From Candidatus Latescibacterota bacterium (GTDB taxonomy: Bacteria > Latescibacterota > UBA2968 > UBA8231): a stretch of DNA of 64,000 bases. The stretch lies in assembly GCA_963422735.1 (NCBI GenBank), contig OY730476.1:480001-544000 (forward strand). Direction: 5' to 3'. A program made the translations under genes and the position numbers. Within the stretch, counting starts at the first letter, position 1; each line of letters starts with the position of its first letter. Shown here one piece after another: positions 1-9,370 of this stretch. The notes beneath the pieces are model-generated. The model did not search any database. It was not told where the DNA came from and saw only the letters and a list, made by a program, of their open reading frames with translations.

Positions 1-4
1 GCTG

Positions 5-1717
5 TTGGCCGGCGATCATCTCGGCTATCAGCAGTTACTCGACTCGCTGAAGACGGCCGACGTCGCCGTCCGCATCGCCGTCCTCGACGCCTGCAACTCC
101 GGGAGCATAACCCGCATCAAGGGAGGCAAGCCACAGCCGCCCTTTTTAGTCGATGAGTCCTTTGACATGCGGGGCTACGCCTTTCTCACGTCGAGTTCAG
201 CCGATGAGGCGGCGCAGGAATCGGACCTGATCGAAGCGTCTTTTTTTACTCACTATCTAATTTCCGGAATGCGCGGCGCGGCGGACGTTACTGGCGATGG
301 TCGGGTGACTCTCCACGAGGCGTACCAGTTCGCATTCGACGAGACGCGGGCGCGAACTATTGGGACTGCGGGAGGCACTCAGCACCCAGCCTATGAGGGC
401 CAGATGCGCGGCACCGGCGGCGTGGTGATGACTCAGGTGCGTCGCAATGCAGCGGGCCTGTTACTAGACGAGGCCCTCGCCGGCCGGATATCTATCCGCA
501 ATGAGCAGCAGCGCCTAGTCGCCGAACTGAACAAATCCCCGGGTCGGGTGGTCGAGCTGGGATTGATGCCGGGGGCCTATACGCTGTTTTTGGAAACGTG
601 GGACGCGGACTGGCACTTGGCCGAATTGGTTCTGGCCGAAGGGGGGTTCACCAACGTGAGTACCGGCGACTTTCGCGTCCTGACCCCAGAGGACACTAAG
701 CTGCGCGGCGGCTCGGGGAGGAGGATTACCTTGGCCTTGGGGCGCCAAATCGAGGTCGCCACCAGCGAGGGCTACACCTTGTCGCTGGGGCTGTTGACCA
801 ATACGCAGGGCGAGGCGTTCCGCGGCGTCCAGTTCGCTTGGCTGGTCAACCAAGCGCGCGGTCGGACGGGTAGTCAGATCGGCGGGTTGGGCAACTTGGC
901 ACTCAAAGAGGTTGATGGCTGGCAGGCGGCTGTCGTGGGCCCCAACTGGGCAATGGGGCCTTTGCAAGGTGGACAGGTGGGCTTGATCAACATCGCCTCT
1001 CAGGTGCGTGGCTGGCAAGTGGCGCAAACGACCAACGTTGTCGGCAAAATTCGCGGTTGGCAACTGGCCGGGGTTACCAATTTCGTCGGCGAGGTCAAGG
1101 GCGGTCAGATCGGATTATTGAACGTGGCGAGCGAGGTCAAAGGCTGGCAGGTGGGCTTGGTCAACCTTTCCGGCCACATCGAGGGCGGCCTGCCCATCGG
1201 GTTGATCAACTACTCGCACAGTGGGCTTTTCAGCCTCAGCACTTGGCGCGACGAAGTCGGCTTTACCATGTTCACCCTCGCCTCGGGCAGCCGCTCGTTT
1301 TACACTGCTTTTACTACTGGCTTTGCCGTCCAAGACGGCCAGCGGCGCTGGGCGCTGGGCGTGGGAGGTGGAGTGCAAAAGCGCGGGCGGCGGTTTTGCC
1401 TCGGCCTCGACGTACATAGCTATCGGATCAGTCGCGCCCTCGATGACGATTACAAAGCGGGCATTGGGTTTTGGCCACCCTCAGTGGACTTTGGCCTAGA
1501 CCGATTGGCCCGAGACAACTACTTGGCGCGGATCAAACTTGAGACGGGGGTCTTTTTGCACAGCCGGCTGTCGCTGTTTGGCGGCGTCTCCCTGAACCAA
1601 TTGTGGACCGATGGCCATCTGCGGCTGATCGAGTCGGGTAGCCGCTACGAGAAGGAGTGGAAAGATGGGCTTTTCGCGTGGCCGGGTTTTTTCTTTGGCC
1701 TGCGCTACGGGCGTTAG
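5..1717 (+). CDS. Caspase-family (peptidase C14) protein with C-terminal GxQxG (LA_2272-like) repeats and a beta-rich tail; 5' truncated by window edge
   Basis: VLDACNSG catalytic Cys motif, SSSADEAAQES and SFFTHYLISGMRGAADVTGDGRVTLHEAY; repeats GGQVGLIN/GWQVGLVN; aromatic C-terminus FGLRYGR. Confidence 0.8.
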   Translation: MAGDHLGYQQLLDSLKTADVAVRIAVLDACNSGSITRIKGGKPQPPFLVDESFDMRGYAFLTSSSADEAAQESDLIEASFFTHYLISGMRGAADVTGDGRVTLHEAYQFAFDETRARTIGTAGGTQHPAYEGQMRGTGGVVMTQVRRNAAGLLLDEALAGRISIRNEQQRLVAELNKSPGRVVELGLMPGAYTLFLETWDADWHLAELVLAEGGFTNVSTGDFRVLTPEDTKLRGGSGRRITLALGRQIEVATSEGYTLSLGLLTNTQGEAFRGVQFAWLVNQARGRTGSQIGGLGNLALKEVDGWQAAVVGPNWAMGPLQGGQVGLINIASQVRGWQVAQTTNVVGKIRGWQLAGVTNFVGEVKGGQIGLLNVASEVKGWQVGLVNLSGHIEGGLPIGLINYSHSGLFSLSTWRDEVGFTMFTLASGSRSFYTAFTTGFAVQDGQRRWALGVGGGVQKRGRRFCLGLDVHSYRISRALDDDYKAGIGFWPPSVDFGLDRLARDNYLARIKLETGVFLHSRLSLFGGVSLNQLWTDGHLRLIESGSRYEKEWKDGLFAWPGFFFGLRYGR

Positions 1718-1996
1718 ACGGGCCTAAGTGTACTGATTTTCGCAATCGCCAGTTCAGGTCCGCAACGTGGCCATCTCCCCTGAGGCAAGCTTCCAAGCCT
1801 CGCTCAATCATACGACGCATCCGACATAGCCTACCGATAACAAGCTGTATTCGACTGGTTACTTCTTGTAACCTTTTGTCGCAGCAAAAAATCACTGCAC
1901 AGGTAACATCACGTCCCGCCGCAGGTGTTTAAGTAGTACACCGCCAAGCAATACTTGGTTGCACTTATAGTAGTATTCCGGTGAGGAGGTGAGAAA

Positions 1997-2134
1997 ATGG
2001 CGAAATCAAGTGGTAGTCGCGGTGGCGGTAGAGGCGGAAGCCGTGGAAGTGCCGTCTGGCCCGAAAACAAGCCCAGCACAACGGGCAACCCCTCTGGTAA
2101 AGGCCGAACTAGTGCCCCTCAAAGAAGCAAATGA
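1997..2134 (+). CDS. 45-aa Gly/Ser/Arg-rich small protein (MAKSSGSRGGGRGGSRGSAVWPENKPSTTGNPSGKGRTSAPQRSK)
   Basis: Read by hand, below the ORF-track cutoff; strong RBS GAGGAGGTGA upstream of ATG; hairpin directly after stop. Confidence 0.6.
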   Translation: MAKSSGSRGGGRGGSRGSAVWPENKPSTTGNPSGKGRTSAPQRSK

Positions 2135-2136
2135 TT

Positions 2137-2179
2137 GGTAGGTGCTGATTGCGGTATTTTTTTGCGGTCAGCACCTACC
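2137..2179. terminator. Stem-loop between convergent small genes
   Basis: GGTAGGTGCTGA...TCAGCACCTACC perfect 12-bp inverted repeat, extended by G-U pairs. Confidence 0.6.
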
Positions 2180-2199
2180 CCAACAAATGGCTTCATTTG

Positions 2200-2406
2200 T
2201 TACGACGTCACCGAGTCTAACGTCTGACGCTCGTCAAATTCAGACACGGCCTCGACCCATCGGAGCGCGTCGGCTTCCTGAGATCGGTTTAAGCGGGCGA
2301 CTGAGTCGGCTACCCGCCTCCGCACTTTTTCCGACCGAGGATTTGGCAAGGTCATGCGAACCTGACGCTTGCCGGGGATAGCTGCTTTCGCTTGCGATAC
2401 TGGCAT
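2200..2406 (-). CDS. MazE-like antitoxin (DUF3018-like), no intact toxin
   Basis: RQVRMTLPNPRSEKVRRRVADSVARL...EADALRWVEAVSEFDE resembles the DUF3018 pattern. Confidence 0.55.
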   Translation of the reverse strand: MPVSQAKAAIPGKRQVRMTLPNPRSEKVRRRVADSVARLNRSQEADALRWVEAVSEFDERQTLDSVTS

Positions 2407-2420
2407 GGTGGTTCCGACAT

Positions 2421-2690
2421 TCAGCCCGGTAAGCGGGACAAGATGAGCGTACCGAGCGCGATGAGGCTGGCGATTTGGATGCCGATAAGCCAGCGGGTGA
2501 GCGCGTCGATGCGGGCGTTGGTCGCGTCAATGCGGGCGTTGGTCGCGTCAATGCGGCGGCCCATATCGGCAAAGCCGGTCGATTGGCCTTGTTTTATGTC
2601 GTCCAATTGGCGGTCTAACTGCTCGGCGATGCCTTCCAAGCGACCTAGGCGGCGGTCATGGTCTTGGGCTTGCGTAATCGGTTCGCTCAT
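2421..2690 (-). CDS. Small coiled-coil protein with C-terminal transmembrane helix (DUF1640-like)
   Basis: Heptad repeats RIDATNA followed by hydrophobic WLIGIQIASLIALGTLIL; RBS AGGAG. Confidence 0.7.
   Translation of the reverse strand: MSEPITQAQDHDRRLGRLEGIAEQLDRQLDDIKQGQSTGFADMGRRIDATNARIDATNARIDALTRWLIGIQIASLIALGTLILSRLPG
2502..2556. repeat. 21-bp in-frame tandem repeat (about 2.6 copies) encoding RIDATNA heptads
   Basis: CGCGTC(G/A)ATGCGGGCGTTGGT repeated. Confidence 0.9.
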
Positions 2691-2857
2691 GTCTGCGTCT
2701 CCTAGTATGCGCCGCGGCGTCGTGGGCTATTCGGCGTTGCGCAAAACACGCTCTCGCCCCTCGCGTTCCAAGCATCAGTGCTTCCTACAGCTTCTTTAGG
2801 TAATACAACAGATAGACAAAATTTTTACAAGGGACAGCGACTTCCTCCTCCGCGTCG

Positions 2858-4408
2858 TCAGTTCTTATAGAGGATGACCAACTCGACGTCAGTCAGCAGC
2901 AAGTCGCAGGCAAGTTGGGGATGGCGTTGCAAGAGAACGACGTCTAAGCGATGGAGGCCACAGGCGGCTTGGTCGGCCGTGAGCGCAAAGCGGTGCCAGG
3001 CAGCGGCGCTGACATCGGCAATGGGTTGGGGGTCGCCGCCGTGGCAATAGCTAATATCCGGGTCGGACAAGACTTGGCCGTCCCAGCAGCAGCGGAACTG
3101 GTCGCCAGCGACCCAATCTCGCAGACGCAGACGCAAGGTAATGGTCGCCGGCGGATCCGCGCTCAAGTCGTCGGCAAGGTCGAGGTCGAAGTGGGGGCCG
3201 GTTTCCCGCATGGTCGGGTAGAGGGGGACGGGTAGGGTGCCGCGCAGCCGGTCGTGCTGGTACGCGCCGCGCCAAGCCCCTGTATGCTGGCGGAAGCGGT
3301 GGGTCGCGCTGTAGAGCTTGTCTTGGCGGCGCAGGGTCTGAACCGCGCCCACTTGGGTTAGCAACTCGCGCTTTGAATCGCGGTTGGCGTGCCAGTTGAA
3401 CGCGTATATACCGGTCGCGCCTTGGCGGTGATACTGCATGGCCGTGGCTTTGGTGCGCATGTTGTGGCGGACCGATTCGTCTTCGGGGCCGGCGGCCGGG
3501 CCGGGGACGCCGCCGTCGAACCCTGGATAGAGGGCGATGTCGCTGTCGGCGCACAGGGCGCGGAAGGCACTGACCTCAATGGCTGGATCGGTAGCGGCGG
3601 CACCGGCTGGGATCAGGATATCGACGAGGTTTTCCCCTACCCAAGTTTCCACGTCGTAGCCAATGCGGTGACAGCCCTCGATGGAGCCGGCGACGCGGGC
3701 CGCTAGGTAGAAAGGCCGGCCGCGCTGTTGGGCGAGTTCGTCGGTCAGTTGCCGCGCCGCCCGCATGAAATCGGTGAGGACGTAGCGCAGGCGATAGGCA
3801 TGGTCGGCGGGGAAGTGGAAGGGGTGGCGTTGCCAGTCGAGTTCGACGCCGTCCCAGGGGTAGTTTTGGCAGACTTCTCGCAAGTGCTGGAAGCGATTTT
3901 CGCGCACTTGGGGGATGGCCATATTCCACGACAGGGCGAACCACTCCTCGGTATCCGCGCCGAGCAGCCATTCGGGGTGGTCCTTGCGCAGTTGAGTCAG
4001 CTCGGTGTGGTGCAGGGTCTGGAGGTCGGCTAGCTGAGCGCCGTTGAAGTGATTGTCGTTCATGCGCAGCGAGGCATACACGTGCAGGCCGAGTTGGTGG
4101 CCGCGGTCGATGATGGCCTCTTGGGGGTCTTCGCCTCGCTCCAGCATGCGGCGAATGTTTTCGGTGTGCGCGTAGCTAGCAGCATTCTCGTAGCGGCGTT
4201 GGTGAGTGTCGCCGAGCAGTTCGAGCGCGTCGCTTGGCCAGCGCGTGGCGTGTTCGCCCACGCACCAAAATAGGGCACCGACCTGGGTGTCTTCGAGGGG
4301 GGCGTACGCCTTGTCGAGAAAGGCGTCCATGGACTGGGGAACGGGCGAGTAGCCGTGGGGTGCGCCGTCCCAGTTATAGATGATGCCGTAGTCAGCGGGA
4401 TGGGGCAT
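2858..4408 (-). CDS. Glycoside hydrolase-like family 10 (GHL10/DUF187-type) TIM-barrel protein
   Basis: IIYNWDG, YASLRMNDNH, HPEWLLG, YPWDGVELDWQRHP, GATGIYAFN motifs. Confidence 0.75.
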   Translation of the reverse strand: MPHPADYGIIYNWDGAPHGYSPVPQSMDAFLDKAYAPLEDTQVGALFWCVGEHATRWPSDALELLGDTHQRRYENAASYAHTENIRRMLERGEDPQEAIIDRGHQLGLHVYASLRMNDNHFNGAQLADLQTLHHTELTQLRKDHPEWLLGADTEEWFALSWNMAIPQVRENRFQHLREVCQNYPWDGVELDWQRHPFHFPADHAYRLRYVLTDFMRAARQLTDELAQQRGRPFYLAARVAGSIEGCHRIGYDVETWVGENLVDILIPAGAAATDPAIEVSAFRALCADSDIALYPGFDGGVPGPAAGPEDESVRHNMRTKATAMQYHRQGATGIYAFNWHANRDSKRELLTQVGAVQTLRRQDKLYSATHRFRQHTGAWRGAYQHDRLRGTLPVPLYPTMRETGPHFDLDLADDLSADPPATITLRLRLRDWVAGDQFRCCWDGQVLSDPDISYCHGGDPQPIADVSAAAWHRFALTADQAACGLHRLDVVLLQRHPQLACDLLLTDVELVILYKN

Positions 4409-4475
4409 AGGTCAACTCCTTTGCAGATTGGGGCCAAAGTACGGAGATTGTCAGAGGCGGGCAATGGAGGTAATT

Positions 4476-4691
4476 ATGGCGACAAAGTGGATGCTCTGCA
4501 TGGCGTTGGTCGGTTGCGGCCTGAGCGATCCCCAAGGCCCGGCCGATTTGCCCAAGGATCCGTGGGAGCGAACCGAGCAGCAGCGGCTGGAAGATATTGA
4601 GGAACAATGTAGCGGCCAGCCTTGGGAGCGCGGGCTGCTCTGTCCGCGCAGTGTGGCCGATGCCGATACAACTAAATCTCAAGGCAGATAA
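4476..4691 (+). CDS. Small putative lipoprotein
   Basis: RBS GGAGG, signal peptide with LVGC lipobox. Confidence 0.55.
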   Translation: MATKWMLCMALVGCGLSDPQGPADLPKDPWERTEQQRLEDIEEQCSGQPWERGLLCPRSVADADTTKSQGR

Positions 4692-4703
4692 AGGAGTCTT
4701 AGG

Positions 4704-5858
4704 ATGGAAGACAACCTACTAGAGGCCGTCGATCCGCAGCGCCTGATCGATACGGCCAAGGAGCTGATTGCGGTGCCCAGCCCAACGCTGGACGCCGGCG
4801 CAGCGGCGGATGCGTTGGCGTCGATATTGGCTGCGGAGGGGTTTGCTGTGGAGCGGCCCCAAGCCGATTGGCCGCAAGCACCAGCCGTGGTCGCTCGTCT
4901 CGACAGCGGCCGGCCCGGGCGAGTGTTGCAATTCGACGGGCACCTAGACACGGTGCATCTGCCCTTTGTGCCACCCAAGGTGGCCGATGGCCAGCTCTAT
5001 GGGTCGGGGGCGTCCGACATGAAGGGAGGAATCGCCGCCTTTGTCGAGGCACTCAGGGCGTTAAAGGATGCGGGCGCACTGACCAAGGGGGCGGTCTTAC
5101 TTACGGCCCACGATCACCACGAAGCGCCGTGGGGCGACCGCCGCCAGCTTTTGGCCTTGATCCGCGAAGACTTCGTCGGCGACGGGGTGCTGTTGCCGGA
5201 GTATCTAGGCGACATGCTGCCGGTCGCCGGTCGCGGGTTAGCCGTGTTTAGCGTGGAGATCAAGCGCGACGGCTCGCCGGTACACGAGGTGCTGCGGCCC
5301 GCCGGGCTACCGGACGTGGTCTCGGCGGGGGCCGAGGTCGTTTTGCGGCTGAACGCACTAAACGAGCATCTGCACACGCAAACCGCGCCCTATGTCGGTA
5401 GCGACACGCTGTTTATCGGCCGGATTGAAGGCGGCCAGCTCTACAACCAAGTGCCAGTCCAATGCCGGGTTGAAGGGACTCGCCGCTGGGTGGCGGCTGG
5501 CGCAGGGCCGGCGGCGCACCGCGAAATCGAGGACCTGCTCGCCGATGTGGCTACAGCCAGCGGTACCCGCATCCGGCTCGCGGATTGGAACATGCCTGGC
5601 GACGCCTTTGCGGTGGATCAAGGCAGCCCGCTGGTAGCTGCGTTCCAGTCCGCGCACGATCGGGTAACGGGGGCACCGCTACCCTTGGGTGGCAAGCCCT
5701 TTATCGATGACGGCAATGTCTTTATGGCTGCCGGGATTGAGGCCCTAACCCACGGTCCTTGCGCCGTGGGGGCGCATACGACCGACGAGGAGGTGTCGGT
5801 GGCCGAGTTGGTACGGGTGGCGAAGGTTTATGCGCTGACGGCGCAGGCGTTTTGCTAA
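4704..5858 (+). CDS. M20 family metallopeptidase/deacetylase (ArgE/DapE-like)
   Basis: FDGHLDTV, LYGSGASDMKGG, GAHTTDE metal-binding motifs. Confidence 0.85.
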   Translation: MEDNLLEAVDPQRLIDTAKELIAVPSPTLDAGAAADALASILAAEGFAVERPQADWPQAPAVVARLDSGRPGRVLQFDGHLDTVHLPFVPPKVADGQLYGSGASDMKGGIAAFVEALRALKDAGALTKGAVLLTAHDHHEAPWGDRRQLLALIREDFVGDGVLLPEYLGDMLPVAGRGLAVFSVEIKRDGSPVHEVLRPAGLPDVVSAGAEVVLRLNALNEHLHTQTAPYVGSDTLFIGRIEGGQLYNQVPVQCRVEGTRRWVAAGAGPAAHREIEDLLADVATASGTRIRLADWNMPGDAFAVDQGSPLVAAFQSAHDRVTGAPLPLGGKPFIDDGNVFMAAGIEALTHGPCAVGAHTTDEEVSVAELVRVAKVYALTAQAFC

Positions 5859-7135
5859 GCGGTCTCAATGGCGCGCGCCGCAGCCGTGCCTTGCTCCTCA
5901 TCGACGAAGTAGAGGCAGGCCCCGCCCGCGACGAAGAGGACGACGATCGACAAAATCCCCACGCGCGGGCTGCCGGTCAGTACGCCAATCCAGCCCACGA
6001 GTACTGGGCCGATGACCGCGGCGAACTTGCCCAGCATGTTGTAAAAGCCAAAAAACTCCGCCGACCGGTTGCGGGGAATGAGCCTTGAGTAGAGCGAGCG
6101 GCTCAGGGCTTGGACCCCGCCTTGGACTAGGCCGATGGCGACGGCCAAAGCGTAAAATTCCCAGACTGCATTCAGAAAGTAGCCCCAGACCGTTGCCGCA
6201 ATATAGACGGCTAGGCCGATGAAAATTCCCTTGCGGGTGCCGATCCGCTCGCCGAGCAAGCCAAAGGCAATCGCCGCGGGAAAGCCCACGAACTGGGTAA
6301 TGCCCAAGGCGAGTAGCAGATCGTCGGTGGCAAGGCCCAGCGACAGGCCGTAGTCAATGGCCATGCGGATGATGGTATCGACGCCGTCGATGTACAGCCA
6401 ATAGCCGATGAGGAAGACAAAGGTGGTGCGTAGCTGCCGAATGTCGCGGCCGGTGGAGATGAGCTGCCGATAGCCGGCTGAAATTGCGCTCCAGCCGCGA
6501 TGAGCGCGCCTAGGCGGCGATTCCTCGACCCACAAAAAGAGCGGTAGCGAAAAGCCGGCCCACCAGACGGCGACCAGCAAAAAGCACACGCGCACTGCCT
6601 CGCTGGCATCGGCCAACCCAAAGATCGCAGGATGGAGGACCATCGCCACATTGACCGCAAACAGCAAGCCGCCGCCCAGATAGCCGAGGCTGTATCCGAG
6701 TGCCGAGACCGAGTCCGACTTGTCGCGCCCGGCCACCTCCACGAGGAGCGCATCGTAAAAGGTATTGCCCCCGGAGAAGCCGATGGCGGCCAAGACATAG
6801 ACCACAACCGCCAGCTCCCACGCGCCTTCGGCGACTATGTAGAGGCAACCCGTGGCGAGGACGCCGAGGAAGGCGAAGGCAAAAAGGAACTTGCGCCGAG
6901 TGCCGCCTTGATCGGCAATAGCCCCCAAGAAGGGGGCTAGCAGCACGACGACTAGGCTGCTGAGCGAGTTGGCTAGCCCCAGTTGGAAGGTGCTCTCGGT
7001 GACGTCGCTGCCGGTGCTCCAGTAGGACTTAAAGAATACCGGGAAGAAGGCGGCGATGACCGTGGTGGCAAAGGCCGAATTGGCCCAGTCGTACAAGGCC
7101 CAAGCGATGATTGGTTTCTTGGCGTTAATAGACAT
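5855..7135 (-). CDS. MFS transporter, UMF1/Atg22-like family
   Basis: WALYDWANSAFATT, GGVQALSRSLYSRLIP, AEFFGFYNMLGKFA; multiple TM helices; start placed at MSINAKK. Confidence 0.9.
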   Translation of the reverse strand: MSINAKKPIIAWALYDWANSAFATTVIAAFFPVFFKSYWSTGSDVTESTFQLGLANSLSSLVVVLLAPFLGAIADQGGTRRKFLFAFAFLGVLATGCLYIVAEGAWELAVVVYVLAAIGFSGGNTFYDALLVEVAGRDKSDSVSALGYSLGYLGGGLLFAVNVAMVLHPAIFGLADASEAVRVCFLLVAVWWAGFSLPLFLWVEESPPRRAHRGWSAISAGYRQLISTGRDIRQLRTTFVFLIGYWLYIDGVDTIIRMAIDYGLSLGLATDDLLLALGITQFVGFPAAIAFGLLGERIGTRKGIFIGLAVYIAATVWGYFLNAVWEFYALAVAIGLVQGGVQALSRSLYSRLIPRNRSAEFFGFYNMLGKFAAVIGPVLVGWIGVLTGSPRVGILSIVVLFVAGGACLYFVDEEQGTAAARAIETA

Positions 7136-7157
7136 AGAGGATTGAACATTGTGAAAC

Positions 7158-7183
7158 GTAGGGACACTCCTTGTGGGTGCCCT
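7158..7183 (+). repeat. GTAG-family REP-like palindrome
   Basis: GTAG followed by imperfect palindrome GGACACTCCTTGTGGGTGCCCT; single copy in window. Confidence 0.45.
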
Positions 7184-7312
7184 CGGTTGGGGACCGGGTC
7201 CCGCATAGCAGTATAAGGCAAAATAAGGCAAAAGGAGATGTGGTTGCCGCTGATATCTTTATTAGATAGCGTAGAGACAACCGAGCGTCTGTGCTCCCCA
7301 AAAGAATTTCTT

Positions 7313-8362
7313 ATGAACGACGCAACGCTTCTCTCGCCGCCTTCAGGCGGTGCATGGCTGCGTTTTGACGCGGCGACTAATCCTTACGGGCCGTCGCCCA
7401 AGGTCCGGGAAGCGATGGCCGCCTTTGCCCGCACCGGCGACTTTAGTCGCTACAACGACGAGGAGCGCGCCGAGTCATTGCGCGGGGATCTGGCGGCGCA
7501 TTGGGGGCTTTCGCCCGATCACTTCATAGTGTACAACGGGTCTGGAGAAGCCGTGGTCTGGCTTTTTTTGGCGCGATTGCTGTTAGAGCGAGAGCGCCTG
7601 CTCATTCCGTTTCCGTCGTACGAGCGCTTTGTCGCGTTGGGGCAGCGATGTGCGGCCAAAGTGATCCCGGTGCCGCTGCACGAGGAGGACTTTGCACTGG
7701 TGCCGGAGCACTTTATCGAGGCGGGTCGGCGGTCGGGTGCGCGGGTATTGCTGCTGAGCAGCCCCAACAATCCTACGGGCAACCTCCTTTGCGGCGAGCG
7801 GGAGATGGCGCGTTTGCTCGACGAGTTGCCCGACTGCTTGTGCATCGTCGATGAGGCGTATGCAGAGTATGCCGGCCACAGCTACGTGCCTTGGGTGCAA
7901 GAGCGGAAAAACTTGGTAGTGCTGCGGACCTTTTCCAAAGCATACGGCATGGCCGGTTTGCGGATCGGCTACGCGGTTGGTGCTCCGCCGATGGTGGCCG
8001 CCCTGAGTCAGATGCAGGTTCCTTGGGCAGTTAATGCACTGTCGCTGGTAGCGGCGCGGGCCGCGCTGGCCGACCAAGGTTATTTGCACCAGATCGTCAC
8101 CCAGATCCGCGGCGATTGTCGGGCGCTCTACGAAGGGCTGAACGAGCGACCGTGGTTGCGGGCCTATCCGAGCGCGGCGAATTTCTTTTGGGTACACTGC
8201 GAGGGGATCGGCCCACAGCGGCTGCGGGTGGGTTTAGAAAAGCGGCGGATCCGCGCCCGCTGGCGCCAAGACGCGCCCGGCTTTGTGCGGCTTACGTCGC
8301 TGCGCCCCCAAGACAACGAGTATTTGTTAGCGGCACTCGATGAGATCGGGCACGCAGACTAA
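7313..8362 (+). CDS. Class I/II PLP aminotransferase, HisC-like
   Basis: NPYGPSP, SPNNPTG, VDEAY, LRTFSKAYGMAGLRIGY. Confidence 0.85.
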   Translation: MNDATLLSPPSGGAWLRFDAATNPYGPSPKVREAMAAFARTGDFSRYNDEERAESLRGDLAAHWGLSPDHFIVYNGSGEAVVWLFLARLLLERERLLIPFPSYERFVALGQRCAAKVIPVPLHEEDFALVPEHFIEAGRRSGARVLLLSSPNNPTGNLLCGEREMARLLDELPDCLCIVDEAYAEYAGHSYVPWVQERKNLVVLRTFSKAYGMAGLRIGYAVGAPPMVAALSQMQVPWAVNALSLVAARAALADQGYLHQIVTQIRGDCRALYEGLNERPWLRAYPSAANFFWVHCEGIGPQRLRVGLEKRRIRARWRQDAPGFVRLTSLRPQDNEYLLAALDEIGHAD

Positions 8363-8377
8363 CACAAGAGGAGCGTT

Positions 8378-9357
8378 ATGGAATATCGCAATTTGGGCAC
8401 GGCCGGCGTCAAGGTGTCCAAGGTGTGCTTGGGCACGGCTTTTCGCGGCCAAGAGGATGAGGGGGTTTGCATTGAGGTGGTGCGGCGGGCCTTGGACTTG
8501 GGCTGCAATTTCATCGATACGGCGCTATATGGTAGGGGACGTTCCGAACAGGTGGTGGGCAAGGCGATCAAGGGGCGGCGCGAGGAGGTGGTGCTGACGA
8601 CCAAAATTTTTGGCACCTTGGGCAATAGCCCCAATCACGTGGGGCTGTCGCGGGTCAATCTGCTGCGGGGCATTGAGGTGTCGCTACAGCGGCTACAGAC
8701 TGATTACGTCGATCTGTACTTGTTGCACAGTTTTGATCCGGTCACACCGCTGGAGGAGACCTTGAGTGCTCTCGACGACATTGTGCGGCAGGGCAAGGCG
8801 CGCTACGTGGGGTGCTCTAACTTCCCGCCGTGGAAGATCGTTGAGGCCCTGTGGATTTCGCAGCGCGAGCGCTTGGCATCCTTTGCCTGCATCCAGAATC
8901 AGTACAATCTGCTCAATCGCTGGGAGATGGAGCCGGAGCTGATGCCCATCTGCCGTCAGTTCGGTTTGGGCATTATGACCTACAGCCCGCTAGCTATCGG
9001 CCTGCTCTCCGGCCGTTTCCGCCGCGGGCAAGTGCCGCCGCCGGGGACGCCGTGGAGTACGGACGAGCTGCGTGGCATGAGTCCGGGTAAATACAATTTT
9101 GCCGAGGCCATGACCGAGCGGGTCGATACCATCGTCCAGACGCTAATCGATATTGGGGCGCGGCACGGCAAGACTCCAGCGCAGGTAGCCATTGCTTGGA
9201 TTTTAGACCACGACGAGATCAGCGCCCCATCTTGGGGGCCGACGAGCCGGCGCATGTCGAGGAAGTTTTCGCGGGCTTGGACTGGTGGTTGGCACCACAA
9301 GAGCGGGCTTTGTTGGACGAGGTATCCAAGGTGAAGGGGCGGCAGAAATACGCCTGA
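8378..9357 (+). CDS. Aldo/keto reductase with a 1-nt deletion frameshift at the C run near 9225 (pseudogene or sequencing error)
   Basis: IDTALYG, SLQRLQTDYVDLY, GKARYVGCSN, YSPLAIGLLSG; the expected tail PILGADEPAHVEE...LLDEVS lies in another frame ending at 9357. Confidence 0.85.
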
Positions 9358-9370
9358 AGGAGGTGTGCCT

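Noticed and set aside
1718-1980. Possible gene remnant or sRNA downstream of the caspase gene
   Set aside because: Lower GC, but no frame gave a recognisable protein and no clear structure was seen.
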